A stretch of 64,000 nucleotides of DNA from assembly GCA_965232515.1 (NCBI GenBank), contig CBDDPY010000002.1, positions 2,560,001 to 2,624,000 of the forward strand. The letters run 5' to 3'. The notes below the pieces were generated by a model. It did no database searches, was not told the origin of the DNA, and saw only the letters and a program-made list of their open reading frames with translations. Positions 32,160 through 42,077 of this stretch are shown in pieces (positions within the stretch are counted from its first letter, which is position 1; the number at the start of each line of letters is the position of its first letter). The translations under genes were made by a program, and so were the position numbers. The stretch is from Alphaproteobacteria bacterium. Its GTDB lineage: Bacteria; Pseudomonadota; Alphaproteobacteria; GCA-2731375.

Positions 32160-33523
32160 CGATTCAAGGGTGATAGCGGTGACCAAGCGGGATCTGAAGC
32201 GTCGATCGGTGTCATTATTTCGCGATCGTTGTAACCGGTAAGGTCCACGGACCAGAGACGCGTGCTGCCGCCGTTGCCCTGATTGTCGGACGGCTCCTGC
32301 CGAAAGAACATCAGGACCCGGCCGTTCGGGGCCCAAGTCGGCCCTTCGACAAGAAAACTCTCGGCCAAAAGGCGTTCGCCGCTGCCATCGACGCGCATCA
32401 CGCCGATGAAGAAGCGGCCTTTTGAAATCTTCGTAAAGGCGATCAGATCGCCACGCGGCGACCAGACGGGTGTTGCATATCTGCCATCACCGAAGGAAAT
32501 CCGCTGTACGCCGCTGCCGTCGGCGTTCATCACGTAGAGCTGCTGACTGCCGCCGCGGTCGGAATTGAAAACGATTCGGCTCCCGTCCGGCGAATAGCAC
32601 GGCGACGTATCGATCGCTGGATGGCTCGTCAGTTGCTGAATCTGGCGGGTCCGGAGGTCCATCACATAGACATCGGAATTGCCGTTCCGCGCCAGACTCA
32701 TGATCACCCGGTTGCCGTCCGGCGAGAAGCGCGGCGCGAAGGTCATGCCGGGGAAGTCGCCGAGGACTTCCTGCTTGCCGGTATCGATGTTGTAGAGATA
32801 CACGCGCGGCTTCTCGGCGATGTACGACAGATAGGTAATCTCCTGCCGCGTCGGCGAGAAGCGCGGCGTCAGCACCAGGTGGCCGCCATCTGTCAGGAAA
32901 CGATGGCCGGCGCCGTCCTGATCCATTATCGCCAGGCGTTTGACCCGGCGGTCGGCCGGCCCGCTCTCGGCGATGTAGACGACCCGCGTGTCGAAATAGC
33001 CTTCCTCGCCGGTCAGACGCTTATAGATCGCATCCGAAATTATGTGCGCGATCCGCCGCCAGTTGCCGGGTGTCGTGAAGTAGACGAGGCCCGTCATCTG
33101 CTCGCCGGCCAGCACGTCCCAAAGACGGAACTCGACGCGCAGCCGCCCGTCCGGCTGCAGCTCGACCTTGCCGGTGACCAGCGCCTGGGCATTCAGCACC
33201 CGCCAATCGGCGAACCGCGGCTGCACCTGCATCGATTCTGGTTTCTGTATGAACGACGACGGATTGAGCGGGCGAAACAGACCCGATCTTTCCAAGTTGT
33301 TGGTGATGACGCCGGAGATGTCCTTGCCCGTCTGCGCGGAAGCGCCCCCCGGGTTGAAGAACTCGGGGAGCGCGATCGGCAGGGGATCGACGTTGCCCTG
33401 GGTAATGTCGATTTCCAGCGCGGCGCGCGCGGGTCCGCCGGCCAACAGCACCAGCAATGCAACCGCGGTCAGTACGCGCGTGCGCCAGACCGGTATCTGC
33501 AGAAGGCTACGATCCAGGATCAT
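32156..33523 (-). CDS. tolB: Tol-Pal beta-propeller protein TolB
   Basis: Signal peptide, TolB N-domain, repeated PD40 motifs (PRFSPDG, PCYSPDG, PVWSPRG); start overlaps the tolA stop. Confidence 0.96.
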   Translation of the reverse strand: MILDRSLLQIPVWRTRVLTAVALLVLLAGGPARAALEIDITQGNVDPLPIALPEFFNPGGASAQTGKDISGVITNNLERSGLFRPLNPSSFIQKPESMQVQPRFADWRVLNAQALVTGKVELQPDGRLRVEFRLWDVLAGEQMTGLVYFTTPGNWRRIAHIISDAIYKRLTGEEGYFDTRVVYIAESGPADRRVKRLAIMDQDGAGHRFLTDGGHLVLTPRFSPTRQEITYLSYIAEKPRVYLYNIDTGKQEVLGDFPGMTFAPRFSPDGNRVIMSLARNGNSDVYVMDLRTRQIQQLTSHPAIDTSPCYSPDGSRIVFNSDRGGSQQLYVMNADGSGVQRISFGDGRYATPVWSPRGDLIAFTKISKGRFFIGVMRVDGSGERLLAESFLVEGPTWAPNGRVLMFFRQEPSDNQGNGGSTRLWSVDLTGYNDREIMTPIDASDPAWSPLSPLNR

Positions 33524-34431
33524 CCTTGCAACATCTCCTTCGGGTTGAAGGTCAGCGTGATCTCGCGCCAACGCTCATACTTTGTGACCGGCAGGTTCTT
33601 CAAGGGGCTGCACTTCTGCACGGCGCGGCGCGCGCTCTCCGCGGCGACCCGGAAGAACTCCTCGCCCGGCCGAGTCATGCGCCCGCCATCGATGATCTCG
33701 GGCGGCCGGGCGAGCGAACCATCCGGCTTGAGAAAGATCCTGATCTGAACGATCAGGTTCTCGGCATCTCGCGCGCCGGCGGGTATCGACCAGCATTGCT
33801 GGATCTGAAACCGGATCGCGTCGATCTCGCTCATCGTCAACGGCTGGTCCGAACTCAGCGCCACTCGTGGCGTCGGCTTCCGTTCGGCCTGCGCCGCCTT
33901 CGCCGTTGTCTCCGCCGCCTTGGCGACGGGCTGTTTCTGATCCTTCATGCGCTTGTCAAGCAGCGCGGCGATACGGTCGGCACTGAAGCGCTTCTCCGGC
34001 TTGACCGGTTTGGTCCGCGGCTTCGGCGCCTTGGAGAGGTCGACCGGCTTGGCCTGCGGTTCGGGTTTCGGTTTCGGCTTGGGTTCCGGCTTCGGCACCT
34101 CCGCCAGTTCCTTCGGCTTCGGTTCCGGCTTCGGCGCCGGCGGCGTCGGCTTCGCTTCCGGCGGGGCCGGCGGCGGCGGCGCTGGCGCGGCCACGGGCTC
34201 GGGCGGCTTCGGCGGCGGCTTCTTCTCGACCTCGACTTCCTTGACGGGCTCCGGCTCGGGTTCCGGCTCCGGCGGCGCCTGGCTGGTGGTGACTTCGTCG
34301 ACCGTCACCAGTTCGACCAGCAATGGCTGTGTCTCGAGCTCGTCAGGTTGGAACAGGCTGGGCAGACCGAACACCGCAAGTACGATCATGCTGACATGCA
34401 GCATGGCGGATATGATCAGCCCGTTACGCAA
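33520..34431 (-). CDS. tolA: TolA-like energy transducer
   Basis: N-terminal TM with S-x3-H motif (SAMLH), Pro/Lys/Glu-rich linker, C-terminal domain QIQQCW...AARRAV-like; between tolR and tolB. Confidence 0.85.
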   Translation of the reverse strand: MRNGLIISAMLHVSMIVLAVFGLPSLFQPDELETQPLLVELVTVDEVTTSQAPPEPEPEPEPVKEVEVEKKPPPKPPEPVAAPAPPPPAPPEAKPTPPAPKPEPKPKELAEVPKPEPKPKPKPEPQAKPVDLSKAPKPRTKPVKPEKRFSADRIAALLDKRMKDQKQPVAKAAETTAKAAQAERKPTPRVALSSDQPLTMSEIDAIRFQIQQCWSIPAGARDAENLIVQIRIFLKPDGSLARPPEIIDGGRMTRPGEEFFRVAAESARRAVQKCSPLKNLPVTKYERWREITLTFNPKEMLQG

Positions 34432-34440
34432 CGGTTCGCC

Positions 34441-34884
34441 CTAATTGTCCACGGTCGGCGCCTCGGCAACGAGCGCGACCTTGTTGAAACCGGCGGCATT
34501 GATCGTGCTCATCACCGTCATCACCCGGCCATAGTCGATGGCGCGGTCGCCGCGGACGAAGATCCGCGTTTCGCCGTTGCGGGTCTGGGCGATCGCCTGT
34601 AGGCGCGGCACCAGCTCCGACATCTCGATTTCGGTCTCCTGCAGAAAGACCTTGCCGGCGGTATCGACCGTGATGGTCAACGGCTCTTCCGAACCCTGCA
34701 GGTTCTGCGCGCTGGCTTTCGGCAGGTCGACCGGCACGCCGACGGTCAACAGCGGCGCGGTGATCATGAACACGACCAGCAGCACCAGCATGACGTCGAC
34801 GAACGGCGTGATGTTGATCTCGGACATCGGCCGATGCCGGGCCGACGCGCTGCGCGCCTTGGCATGACGCATAAAGACCGCCAT
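34441..34884 (-). CDS. tolR: TolR
   Basis: EINITPFVDVMLVLLVVFMITAP; RGDRAIDYG. Confidence 0.96.
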   Translation of the reverse strand: MAVFMRHAKARSASARHRPMSEINITPFVDVMLVLLVVFMITAPLLTVGVPVDLPKASAQNLQGSEEPLTITVDTAGKVFLQETEIEMSELVPRLQAIAQTRNGETRIFVRGDRAIDYGRVMTVMSTINAAGFNKVALVAEAPTVDN

Positions 34885-35618
34885 CAGCCCTGCCTCTCCT
34901 CGAGTTGACGCGACAGGATGGCCGAGAACTCGCCGACGAAGCCGTCGAGGCGATTGGCGTAGCGGCCGAGATCGTCGGAGAACTTGTTGTAGGCGACCAC
35001 GGCCGGGATCGCGGCGATCAGGCCCAGCGCCGTCGCGAACAAAGCTTCCGCGATGCCGGGCGCGACGACGGCTAGGTTGGTGTTCTTGCTGAGCGCGATC
35101 GACTGGAAGCTGTTCATGATGCCCCAGACGGTGCCGAACAGGCCGATGAACGGCGCCGTCGAGCCGACGGTCGCCAGGAAGCCGAGATAGCGTTCCAGCC
35201 GCTGCATCTCGCGGTCCATGGTCACCTGCATGACCTGACCGATGCGTTCCTTGATGCCGGCACGGAGCGACTGCTCATTGCCGATCCCCTTGGCGGTCGA
35301 CCGGCGCCATTCGCGCATGGCGGACGCGAACAGGATCTCCATCGGGTGATCGGGTCTGGCGCCGATATGGTCGTAGAGGTCCTCGAGGCTTCCGCCGGAC
35401 CAGAACGAGTCTTCGAACTCGTCGGCCTGCGCGCGCAGACGGCGGAAGCGCAGCCACTTCTCGAAGATGATCGCCCAGCACCAGACGGAGGCGACGAGAA
35501 GCAGCAGCATCACCGCTTTGACGACGAAATCTGCTTTCAGGAACAGGCCCCATAACGACATGTCTACGTCCGCTACCGAGCCCGCTAGAGCGAGGGCATC
35601 AACCGCTTGGTTTTCCAT
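34884..35618 (-). CDS. tolQ: TolQ
   Basis: LATVGSTAPFIGLFGTVWGIM; VAPGIAEALFATALGL. Confidence 0.97.
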   Translation of the reverse strand: MENQAVDALALAGSVADVDMSLWGLFLKADFVVKAVMLLLLVASVWCWAIIFEKWLRFRRLRAQADEFEDSFWSGGSLEDLYDHIGARPDHPMEILFASAMREWRRSTAKGIGNEQSLRAGIKERIGQVMQVTMDREMQRLERYLGFLATVGSTAPFIGLFGTVWGIMNSFQSIALSKNTNLAVVAPGIAEALFATALGLIAAIPAVVAYNKFSDDLGRYANRLDGFVGEFSAILSRQLEERQG

Positions 35619-35637
35619 GCGCCTTTGTCACACGTTC

Positions 35638-35645
35638 ATGGTTAA
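35638..35645 (-). promoter_or_regulatory. CtrA extended half-site TTAACCAT upstream of tolQ
   Basis: Exact TTAACCAT on the minus strand, overlapping the ybgC TAA stop. Confidence 0.45.
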
Positions 35646-36088
35646 CAGGATCTAATTGTCATTGCCGTCAGGGCCGCACGGACCGGCGCCGGCAGGCGTT
35701 GCGGCCGACCGCCGCGCCCGGTGCAGGCGAGACGGATCTTGCCCCGCGCCAGCACCGCGTCGGCGCGCGTCACGTCCTGGTCCAGATCGATGGTCGCGCC
35801 GCCGACGGCACGCACGGTGGTATGCACATCCAGTTCGTCGCCCAGGCGCGCCGGCGCCAGGTAGTCGATCTCGCAGCGCCGCACCGGAAACACGATCCCC
35901 TCCTCGGCCAGCAGGGCGCTCTGATCGATGCCAGCGGCCTCGACCATCTCGCTGCGCGCGCGCTCGAAGAATTTCAGGAAGTTCGCGTAATAGACGATGC
36001 CGGCCGCGTCCGTGTCTTCCCAATAAACCCGCAATCGAAAGCGCTGCGGCGCCGCCGTGACGGCGGCATCGATGGCCGTCGTCGTCAT
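35642..36088 (-). CDS. ybgC: Tol-Pal-associated acyl-CoA thioesterase
   Basis: [26 protein letters not shown] hotdog signature. Confidence 0.93.
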   Translation of the reverse strand: MTTTAIDAAVTAAPQRFRLRVYWEDTDAAGIVYYANFLKFFERARSEMVEAAGIDQSALLAEEGIVFPVRRCEIDYLAPARLGDELDVHTTVRAVGGATIDLDQDVTRADAVLARGKIRLACTGRGGRPQRLPAPVRAALTAMTIRSC

Positions 36089-37143
36089 GCGTCGTTCCCG
36101 TCATCCGCCAGCAGGTCCAGTTGCGCCTGTACCGATGTCGGCACGGCGAGCCCGAGATGCGCGAAGCCGTTTTGTGTCAACATCCGGCCGCGCGGCGTGC
36201 GATGCAGAAAGCCCTGTTGGATCAGATAGGGCTCGATGATCTCCTCGATCGCGTCCCGCGGCTCGGACAAGGCCGCGGCCATGGTTTCGACACCGACCGG
36301 CCCGCCGCCGAAATCGCTGGCGATGCGCGACAGGTACCGGCGGTCCATGGCGTCGAGGCCGCGCTGATCGACCTCCAGCCGGTTGAGCGCGGCATCGGCC
36401 TTGACGGCATCGACGGTTTCGGCGCCGGCGACGGCGGCGAAGTCGCGTACCCGCCGCAACAGCCGGATCGCCACGCGCGGCGTGCCGCGTGACCTTTTTG
36501 CCACCTCGCGCGCGCCGTCCGCCGTCAGGTTCATGTCCAGCAGCTTGGCGCCGCGGCGGACGATCCGGTCGAGCTCGTCGACATCGTAGAAGTTCAGTCT
36601 GACCGGAATGCCGAAACGCTCGCGCAGCGGTGTCGTGATCAGGCCCGAACGGGTGGTCGCGCCCACCAGCGTGAACGGTGGCAGATCGATGCGCACGTTG
36701 CGCGCGGCCGGCCCCTCGCCAATGACCAGATCGAGCTGAAAATCCTCCATGGCCGGATACAACACCTCTTCCACGGCAGGATTAAGGCGATGTATCTCGT
36801 CGATGAACAAAACATCGCCGGACTGCAGATGCGTCAGGATCGCGGCCAGGTCGCCGGCCTTGGCGATGACCGGGCCCGACGTGGCGCGGAAGTTGACGCC
36901 GAGCTCGCGCGCGACGATCTGCGCCAGCGTCGTCTTGCCCAGGCCCGGCGGTCCGAAGAACAGCACGTGGTCCAGCGCCTCGCCGCGGCCCTTGGCCGCC
37001 TCGATATAGACTTTCAGATTCTCGCACTCGGCCCGCTGACCGACGAAGTCGCTCAACAGCTGCGGCCGTAAGCCCACATCGCCGGCGTCCTCGGCCGTGC
37101 CGTCGGGATTGACCAGCCGGGGCGTCCCGGCGCTGTCGGTCAT
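36085..37143 (-). CDS. ruvB: Holliday junction branch migration ATPase RuvB
   Basis: [36 protein letters not shown]. Confidence 0.98.
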   Translation of the reverse strand: MTDSAGTPRLVNPDGTAEDAGDVGLRPQLLSDFVGQRAECENLKVYIEAAKGRGEALDHVLFFGPPGLGKTTLAQIVARELGVNFRATSGPVIAKAGDLAAILTHLQSGDVLFIDEIHRLNPAVEEVLYPAMEDFQLDLVIGEGPAARNVRIDLPPFTLVGATTRSGLITTPLRERFGIPVRLNFYDVDELDRIVRRGAKLLDMNLTADGAREVAKRSRGTPRVAIRLLRRVRDFAAVAGAETVDAVKADAALNRLEVDQRGLDAMDRRYLSRIASDFGGGPVGVETMAAALSEPRDAIEEIIEPYLIQQGFLHRTPRGRMLTQNGFAHLGLAVPTSVQAQLDLLADDGNDA

Positions 37144-37757
37144 CGGGCCAGCTCCTGCAGGCTGCCGCGGATCAGGGCCTGCAGATCCGTTTCCGCGCCG
37201 AGCGTGCGCACGGTCGTCTGCACCGCGCTCAACGCGTCAGGCTGCCGGTAGCCGAGATTGACCAGGGCCGAAACCGCGTCGCCGGCGGCATCGCCCAGCG
37301 CGACCGCGGGACCGGCCGCCTCGGCGCCAGCCACGACACCCGGACCGAGGGCGAGATTGCCGACCTTGTCCTTCAGCTCGTTGACGACGCGCGTGGCGAG
37401 CTTCGGCCCGACGCTGGGCGCGCGGGTCAGCGCCGTCTTGTCCTGGGTCATGATCGCCTGCAGCAGCTCGCCCGGCGCCAGCACCGACAGCACGCCGAGC
37501 GCCACGCGGGCGCCGATGCCCTGCACGCTCTGCAGCAGGTTGAACCAGTCGCGCTCGGCCTGATCGGCGAAGCCGAACAAATGGATGTGGTCCTCGCGGA
37601 CATGGGTTTCGGTGTGGACCTCGACCGCCTCGCCCGCCGACGGCAGCGCCGAGAGCGTACGGCCCGAGCAGAACACGCGATAGCCGACGCCGCCGACATC
37701 GATCACCGCCCAATCGTCGCCGACGCTGTCGACGCGGCCTTTCAGTTTGGCGATCAT
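37140..37757 (-). CDS. ruvA: Holliday junction DNA-binding protein RuvA
   Basis: MIAKLKG, DVGGVGY, Hh[22 protein letters not shown]. Confidence 0.97.
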   Translation of the reverse strand: MIAKLKGRVDSVGDDWAVIDVGGVGYRVFCSGRTLSALPSAGEAVEVHTETHVREDHIHLFGFADQAERDWFNLLQSVQGIGARVALGVLSVLAPGELLQAIMTQDKTALTRAPSVGPKLATRVVNELKDKVGNLALGPGVVAGAEAAGPAVALGDAAGDAVSALVNLGYRQPDALSAVQTTVRTLGAETDLQALIRGSLQELAR

Positions 37758-38269
37758 CCGCCGGCGCCCGCCGCGGCGATGGCTGTGTCGATGCGGGCCG
37801 CCGATTGCCGGTGATGCGCGTGGCAGATGGCGACCGCCAGCGCGTCGGCCGCGTCCGCCGCGGCGATCGCAACGCCCGGCAGCAGGGTCTGCACCATCAT
37901 TTCGATCTGGCGCTTCTGGGCGTGGCCGGTGCCGACGATCGATTTCTTGATCAGGTTCGGCGCGTACTCCGCCACCGTCAGGCCGGCAAGCGCCGGCGCC
38001 AGCAGCGCGATGCCGCGGGCCTGGCCCAGCTTCAGGGTCGAGGTCGGATTCTTGTTGACGAAGGTCTCCTCGACCGCCGCCTCCTCGGGCGCGTAGTCGT
38101 CCAGCACCGCGTTCACGCCCTCAAACAGCTGCCGCAGGCGGTCGGACAGCGCGCGATCCGGATCGGACCGCACCAAGCCGTTCGCGACATGGCGCAGGCG
38201 ATTGCCCGATGCCTCGATGATGCCCCACCCGGTATGCCGCAGGCCGGGGTCCAATCCGATGATGCGCAT
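37754..38269 (-). CDS. ruvC: Holliday junction resolvase RuvC
   Basis: [31 protein letters not shown]. Confidence 0.97.
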   Translation of the reverse strand: MRIIGLDPGLRHTGWGIIEASGNRLRHVANGLVRSDPDRALSDRLRQLFEGVNAVLDDYAPEEAAVEETFVNKNPTSTLKLGQARGIALLAPALAGLTVAEYAPNLIKKSIVGTGHAQKRQIEMMVQTLLPGVAIAAADAADALAVAICHAHHRQSAARIDTAIAAAGAGG

Positions 38270-38282
38270 GCCCTCTCCGGTC

Positions 38283-39032
38283 TCAGGCGCTCAGCTTCTG
38301 CATGACCTCTTCAGAGACATCGAAGTTGGCCGTGATCTGCTGCACGTCATCGTTGTCTTCCAGCACTTCCAGCATTTTGAACAGGGTCGATGCCGTGTCC
38401 TCGTCGATCGGGATCGTCGACTGCGGCCGCCAGGTCAGCCGGGCGCTGCGCGGATCGCCAAAGCGGCTTTCCAGCGCCTCGCGCACCTGATGCAGATCGT
38501 CGGGCGCGCAGACGATCGTATGCCCCTCGTCCGACGTCTCGACGTCGTCGGCCCCGGCCTCGACCGCGGCCTCGAACATTTCGTCGGCGCCGGCCGCGTC
38601 GGCCGCATACTCGATGGCGCCGATGCGGTCGAACATGAAGGCGACGCTGTTGGTCTCGCCCAACGAACCGCCATACTTGCCGAAGGTCGCGCGGACGTCG
38701 GAGGCCGTGCGGTTGCGGTTGTCGGTCAGCGCCTCGACGATCACGCCGACGCCGCCGACGGCAAAGCCCTCGTAGCGGATCTCCTCGTAGGCCTCGCCCT
38801 CGCCGCCCTGGGTCGCCCGTTTGATGGCGCGCTCGACATTGTCCTTCGGCATGTTGGCGGCGCGCGCGGCCTGGATGGCGGCGCGGAGACGGGGGTTCAT
38901 GGCCGGATCAGGCAGCCCCTGGCGCGCGGCGACCGTCAGCTCGCGAATAAGCTTGGCGAAAACCTTGGCGCGCTTCGCGTCCTGCGCGCCCTTGCGGTAC
39001 ATGATGTTCTTGAATTGGGAATGACCGGCCAT
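38283..39032 (-). CDS. yebC: YebC/PmpR family protein
   Basis: [33 protein letters not shown]. Confidence 0.96.
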   Translation of the reverse strand: MAGHSQFKNIMYRKGAQDAKRAKVFAKLIRELTVAARQGLPDPAMNPRLRAAIQAARAANMPKDNVERAIKRATQGGEGEAYEEIRYEGFAVGGVGVIVEALTDNRNRTASDVRATFGKYGGSLGETNSVAFMFDRIGAIEYAADAAGADEMFEAAVEAGADDVETSDEGHTIVCAPDDLHQVREALESRFGDPRSARLTWRPQSTIPIDEDTASTLFKMLEVLEDNDDVQQITANFDVSEEVMQKLSA

Positions 39033-39066
39033 GGTCGAAGATTACCCTTGTCTTGTATGCAACCCG

Positions 39067-39090
39067 CCCAACATCTACTAGATATTGTGG
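39067..39090. promoter_or_regulatory. NrdR-box-like motif upstream of yebC-ruvCAB
   Basis: CTACTAGATATTGTGG (39075-39090) resembles the acaCwAtATaTwGtgt NrdR consensus; a weaker overlapping copy CCCAACATCTACTA lies to its left. Confidence 0.4.
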
Positions 39091-39244
39091 CAACCTGCAG
39101 CAATTAGCCCTAACAACGCAATATGGCAAGATTGAGGCGTGGCGCCGGTCCGGCACGGCCGGCCGAACGTAAAGCTTCCTTAATGCCGATGTCCGAAAAT
39201 GCCAACCTTTTGCACATCCTGCGACGCCACCGGGAGGGCGTGAA

Positions 39245-39535
39245 GTGGGACGAGTCCAAGACGAAAAACCGCTCGTGCTGGACGCGGAGTCGCTGCCCGA
39301 GTGGATCGACATCGCGCGCCGCATCGACGAGGTAATCGGCGAGATCTATCGCGTCAGCAACAACATGAATGTTGCGGCGCTGGATGCCGTGCTCGAGGTG
39401 GCGGAAACGTCAACGCGTCTACGGACCGCGGCCGCCGAAGCCAAGTCGCTGGCTGACCAGGTCGCCGGTGCCACTGCGGCGTTGACCGCGCAGTTCCGGC
39501 ACGACACCTCAAACCAGTCCGGCGACGGCGCCTAG
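39245..39535 (+). CDS. Small hypothetical protein resembling a degenerate MCP signalling hairpin
   Basis: GGGAGGG SD before GTG; IDEVIGEIYRVSNNMNVAALDAVLEVAE...AAAEAKSLADQVAGAT parallels the chemoreceptor tip pattern. Confidence 0.6.
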   Translation: MGRVQDEKPLVLDAESLPEWIDIARRIDEVIGEIYRVSNNMNVAALDAVLEVAETSTRLRTAAAEAKSLADQVAGATAALTAQFRHDTSNQSGDGA

Positions 39536-39538
39536 CCG

Positions 39539-40351
39539 CTATCGCGGCCAGCAGGCGGAAAGCTGTCCGCCCTCGCGCAGCGACGCCACATAAGTGGCGC
39601 GACCGGTGCGGTCGTCGCTCTCGACATAAACCCCGCAAATCGTCGTCTCGCCCAGCGCCGCCGTGAAGCGGCCGGTGGCGATCTTGCGGGTGAACCGCTG
39701 CAACGGCTCAACCTTGTCCATGCCGATCACCGACGCATAGTCGCCGCACATGCCGACATCGCTGATATAGGCGGTGCCGCCCTCCATGACGTGCGCGTCG
39801 GCCGTCGGGACATGGGTATGCGTGCCGGCGACCAGCGAGACGCGGCCGTCGAGATAATGACCCATCGCCATCTTCTCGCTGGTGGCCTCGCCGTGAATAT
39901 CGACCATCACGAACTGCGCGTCGCGGCCCAATTCGATGTCGGCGAGCGCCGCGTCGACACAGGCGAAAGGATCGTCGAGCGGATCCATGAACACCCGCCC
40001 CATGACCTGCACGACGATCGCCGTCCGACCGCCCTTCACCTTGTAACGGCCGATGCCGCTGCCCGGCGCGCTGGCGGGAAAGTTCTGCGGCCGCAGCAGC
40101 CGCGGCTCGCGCTCGAAGACCGGCAGGATCTCCTTTTGGTCCCAGACATGGTTGCCGGTAACGATGACGTCGGCGCCGGCCTCGAACAGTTGGTCGCAGA
40201 TCTCCGACGTGATGCCGAAACCGCCGGCCGCGTTCTCGCCGTTGACGACGACGAAATCGAGCGCCAGCTTCTTGATCAGCTTCGGCAGGCGCTGACCGAC
40301 CGTGTTGCGCGCCGTGCGCCCGACGATGTCGCCGAGATAGAGCGTCTTCAT
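39539..40351 (-). CDS. ymdB: TIGR00282/YmdB family metallophosphoesterase
   Basis: LGDIVG, NGENAAGG, TGNHVWD, DIHGEATSEK, GTHTHVPTAD. Confidence 0.93.
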   Translation of the reverse strand: MKTLYLGDIVGRTARNTVGQRLPKLIKKLALDFVVVNGENAAGGFGITSEICDQLFEAGADVIVTGNHVWDQKEILPVFEREPRLLRPQNFPASAPGSGIGRYKVKGGRTAIVVQVMGRVFMDPLDDPFACVDAALADIELGRDAQFVMVDIHGEATSEKMAMGHYLDGRVSLVAGTHTHVPTADAHVMEGGTAYISDVGMCGDYASVIGMDKVEPLQRFTRKIATGRFTAALGETTICGVYVESDDRTGRATYVASLREGGQLSACWPR

Positions 40352-40956
40352 GCGGCGCGCTCCGGAAAACGGACGGCGCCGGCCTCGCTGACCAGCCAGT
40401 CCAGCGGCTCGTCGCCGTCATCGTGCGGCAGGGCCTCGACGCGCTGGCCGGCGAAGGCAAGCCCGACCGCCGACACGCCCCAGTCCTGCGCGCGCAATGC
40501 CGCGAACGTGCGGTCGTAGTAGCCACCGCCATAGCCGAGGCGATAGCCGTCATCGTCGAAGGCCAGCAGCGGCGCGACGATGACATCGGGCCGCACCGCC
40601 GCGGCGTTATCCGGCGGCACCGACACGCCGAACGATCCGGTCTGCAATTCCGTGTCCGGCGTCCAGGCGCGAAACACCAGCGGTTCGGCCCGGCCGGTCA
40701 CGACGGGCAAGGCGCAGAAATGGCCATCGGCATGCAACGCCGACAGCAGCGGCCGGCAGTCGAACTCGTCCGGCAACGGCCAGTATCCCGCAACCGTCGT
40801 CCGTCCGCGCAGCGGCAGCGCCTCGCGGAAGTGCGCGACGGCCCGCCCGCCGGCCACGTCCGCGCCGGTGGCGGCCAACCGCCGCCTGCGCGCCCGCGTC
40901 TCTGACCGGAGCGCCTGCTTGCGCGCCTTGAGTTCGTCGCTAACCACTGGCTGCAT
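40348..40956 (-). CDS. ygfA: 5-formyltetrahydrofolate cyclo-ligase
   Basis: PLLAFDDDGYRLGYGGGYYDRT; directly downstream of 6S RNA. Confidence 0.93.
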   Translation of the reverse strand: MQPVVSDELKARKQALRSETRARRRRLAATGADVAGGRAVAHFREALPLRGRTTVAGYWPLPDEFDCRPLLSALHADGHFCALPVVTGRAEPLVFRAWTPDTELQTGSFGVSVPPDNAAAVRPDVIVAPLLAFDDDGYRLGYGGGYYDRTFAALRAQDWGVSAVGLAFAGQRVEALPHDDGDEPLDWLVSEAGAVRFPERAA

Positions 40957-40996
40957 GTGTTTGGAAACTGCCTTGCCGGGCCATGTGATGTCGAAA

Positions 40997-41158
40997 GCGG
41001 GACCGCAGCGACCGTGAGCGTTTCTCGCTCTCCTGTGGCCTACATAACGTAGGTGGGCGCCGTTGATACCGAGACCACGATCCCGGAAGGGACAGCTCCC
41101 GTCACAGTCGATATTGGCCCAGGGACCGTAACGCTTGCACGCATCGTGCAGTGCCCGC
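40997..41158 (-). ncRNA. ssrS: 6S RNA
   Basis: Conserved zapA-ssrS-ygfA position; complementary ends GCGGG...CCCGC; alphaproteobacterial 6S motifs GGGAGCTGTCCC and CGGCGCCCACCTAC...GTAGG. Confidence 0.9.
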
Positions 41159-41169
41159 CGGATGTCTAA

Positions 41170-41502
41170 TTAAGTCGTTTCCAGGCTGGCGGCAACGGTC
41201 TCGACCCGCGCGGCCAAATCCTCCATCGCTTCGGCCGCGCCGTTATCGCCCTCCGTTGCCCCGGCGCCGGCGCCGCCGGCCTTGAGGTCGTCGAGCTCAT
41301 GATAAGCTTCTGCCAGCTCGTCGGCGATCAACAGCGAGACCATCAGCAGCAGCCGCGCCTCGCCCACCTGGCCGACGGTTCCGGTCAGCTCGCCGACCCG
41401 TTCGTCCAAATAAGATGCCAGCTCGGTGACGTGCTCCTCGTCGCCGTCGTCGCAGGCAATCTGGTAGTCTCGTCCGTTGACGGTGACGGTGACCTGCGCC
41501 AC
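41170..41502 (-). CDS. zapA: Cell division protein ZapA
   Basis: VTVTVNGRDYQIACDDGDEEH; RLLLMVSLLIADEL. Confidence 0.93.
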   Translation of the reverse strand: MAQVTVTVNGRDYQIACDDGDEEHVTELASYLDERVGELTGTVGQVGEARLLLMVSLLIADELAEAYHELDDLKAGGAGAGATEGDNGAAEAMEDLAARVETVAASLETT

Positions 41503-41503
41503 G

Positions 41504-41776
41504 TCACGCGCCCCGCATCGTTTTCAGATCGCCGATGGCATGATCCAGACGGTTCGACACCGTCGCCGTGACCTCGCGCAGCTTGCGGTAATCGGCGCGA
41601 ATCGTATCCAGTTCGCGCATCAGCCGTTCGCGTTCGTCGCGCAGCGCCGCCAGCTCCGTCGACAGCCGCGCCGTTTCGTCGCTCGCCGGCTGCTGCGCCT
41701 GCATCTTGCCGACCGCGTTTTCCAGTCGACCGACCGCCGACTCCAAACGCACCTTCGCCGCCTCGATATTGGTCAT
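41504..41776 (-). CDS. Coiled-coil protein upstream of zapA (DUF4164/ZauP-like)
   Basis: 90-aa heptad-rich helical protein; C-terminal [10 protein letters not shown]; conserved position 1 nt upstream of zapA. Confidence 0.75.
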   Translation of the reverse strand: MTNIEAAKVRLESAVGRLENAVGKMQAQQPASDETARLSTELAALRDERERLMRELDTIRADYRKLREVTATVSNRLDHAIGDLKTMRGA

Positions 41777-41906
41777 GAGGCAAATTCGCCTTTTTCCAGA
41801 AAGACTTACGCCGTCACAAACGCGGCAGCATAACCACCAGCGGGAAGTGCCGTCAACCAACCTGGCCTGCCCCGCCACCGGCCGTCCGGAGACGCCCATC
41901 GGGTGC

Positions 41907-41935
41907 TTGACGGATCGGATCGTGGTCGTCATGTT
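41907..41935 (+). promoter_or_regulatory. Sigma70-like promoter of the tkt-gap-pgk operon
   Basis: TTGACG-N17-CATGTT; a divergent TTGACG-N18-TATGCT for zauP-zapA lies at 41827-41856. Confidence 0.45.
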
Positions 41936-42077
41936 GGCCGCCGTCGACAGCCCGGAAAACCGGGCCGCTTCCGCACCGAAATCCCCGCCGGCGCACCATG
42001 CTGCAGACGCAACCTTCGAGCCGACAGCAAACTGCTTGCCGGACTTCCGATTCCGAACCCAGCCGGGACACATTGAG

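Noticed and set aside
34010-34280. Short tandem repeats (TTCGGC/TCCGGC) in tolA; similar low complexity at 51.0-51.8 kb and 63.27-63.38 kb
   Set aside because: They encode Pro/Lys/Glu/Ala-rich linkers; no CRISPR-like repeat-spacer structure
41706-42077. Extended N-termini of tkt (792 aa) and the zauP-like ORF (234 aa)
   Set aside because: The region is a divergent promoter gap; homologous sequence starts at 42078 and 41776
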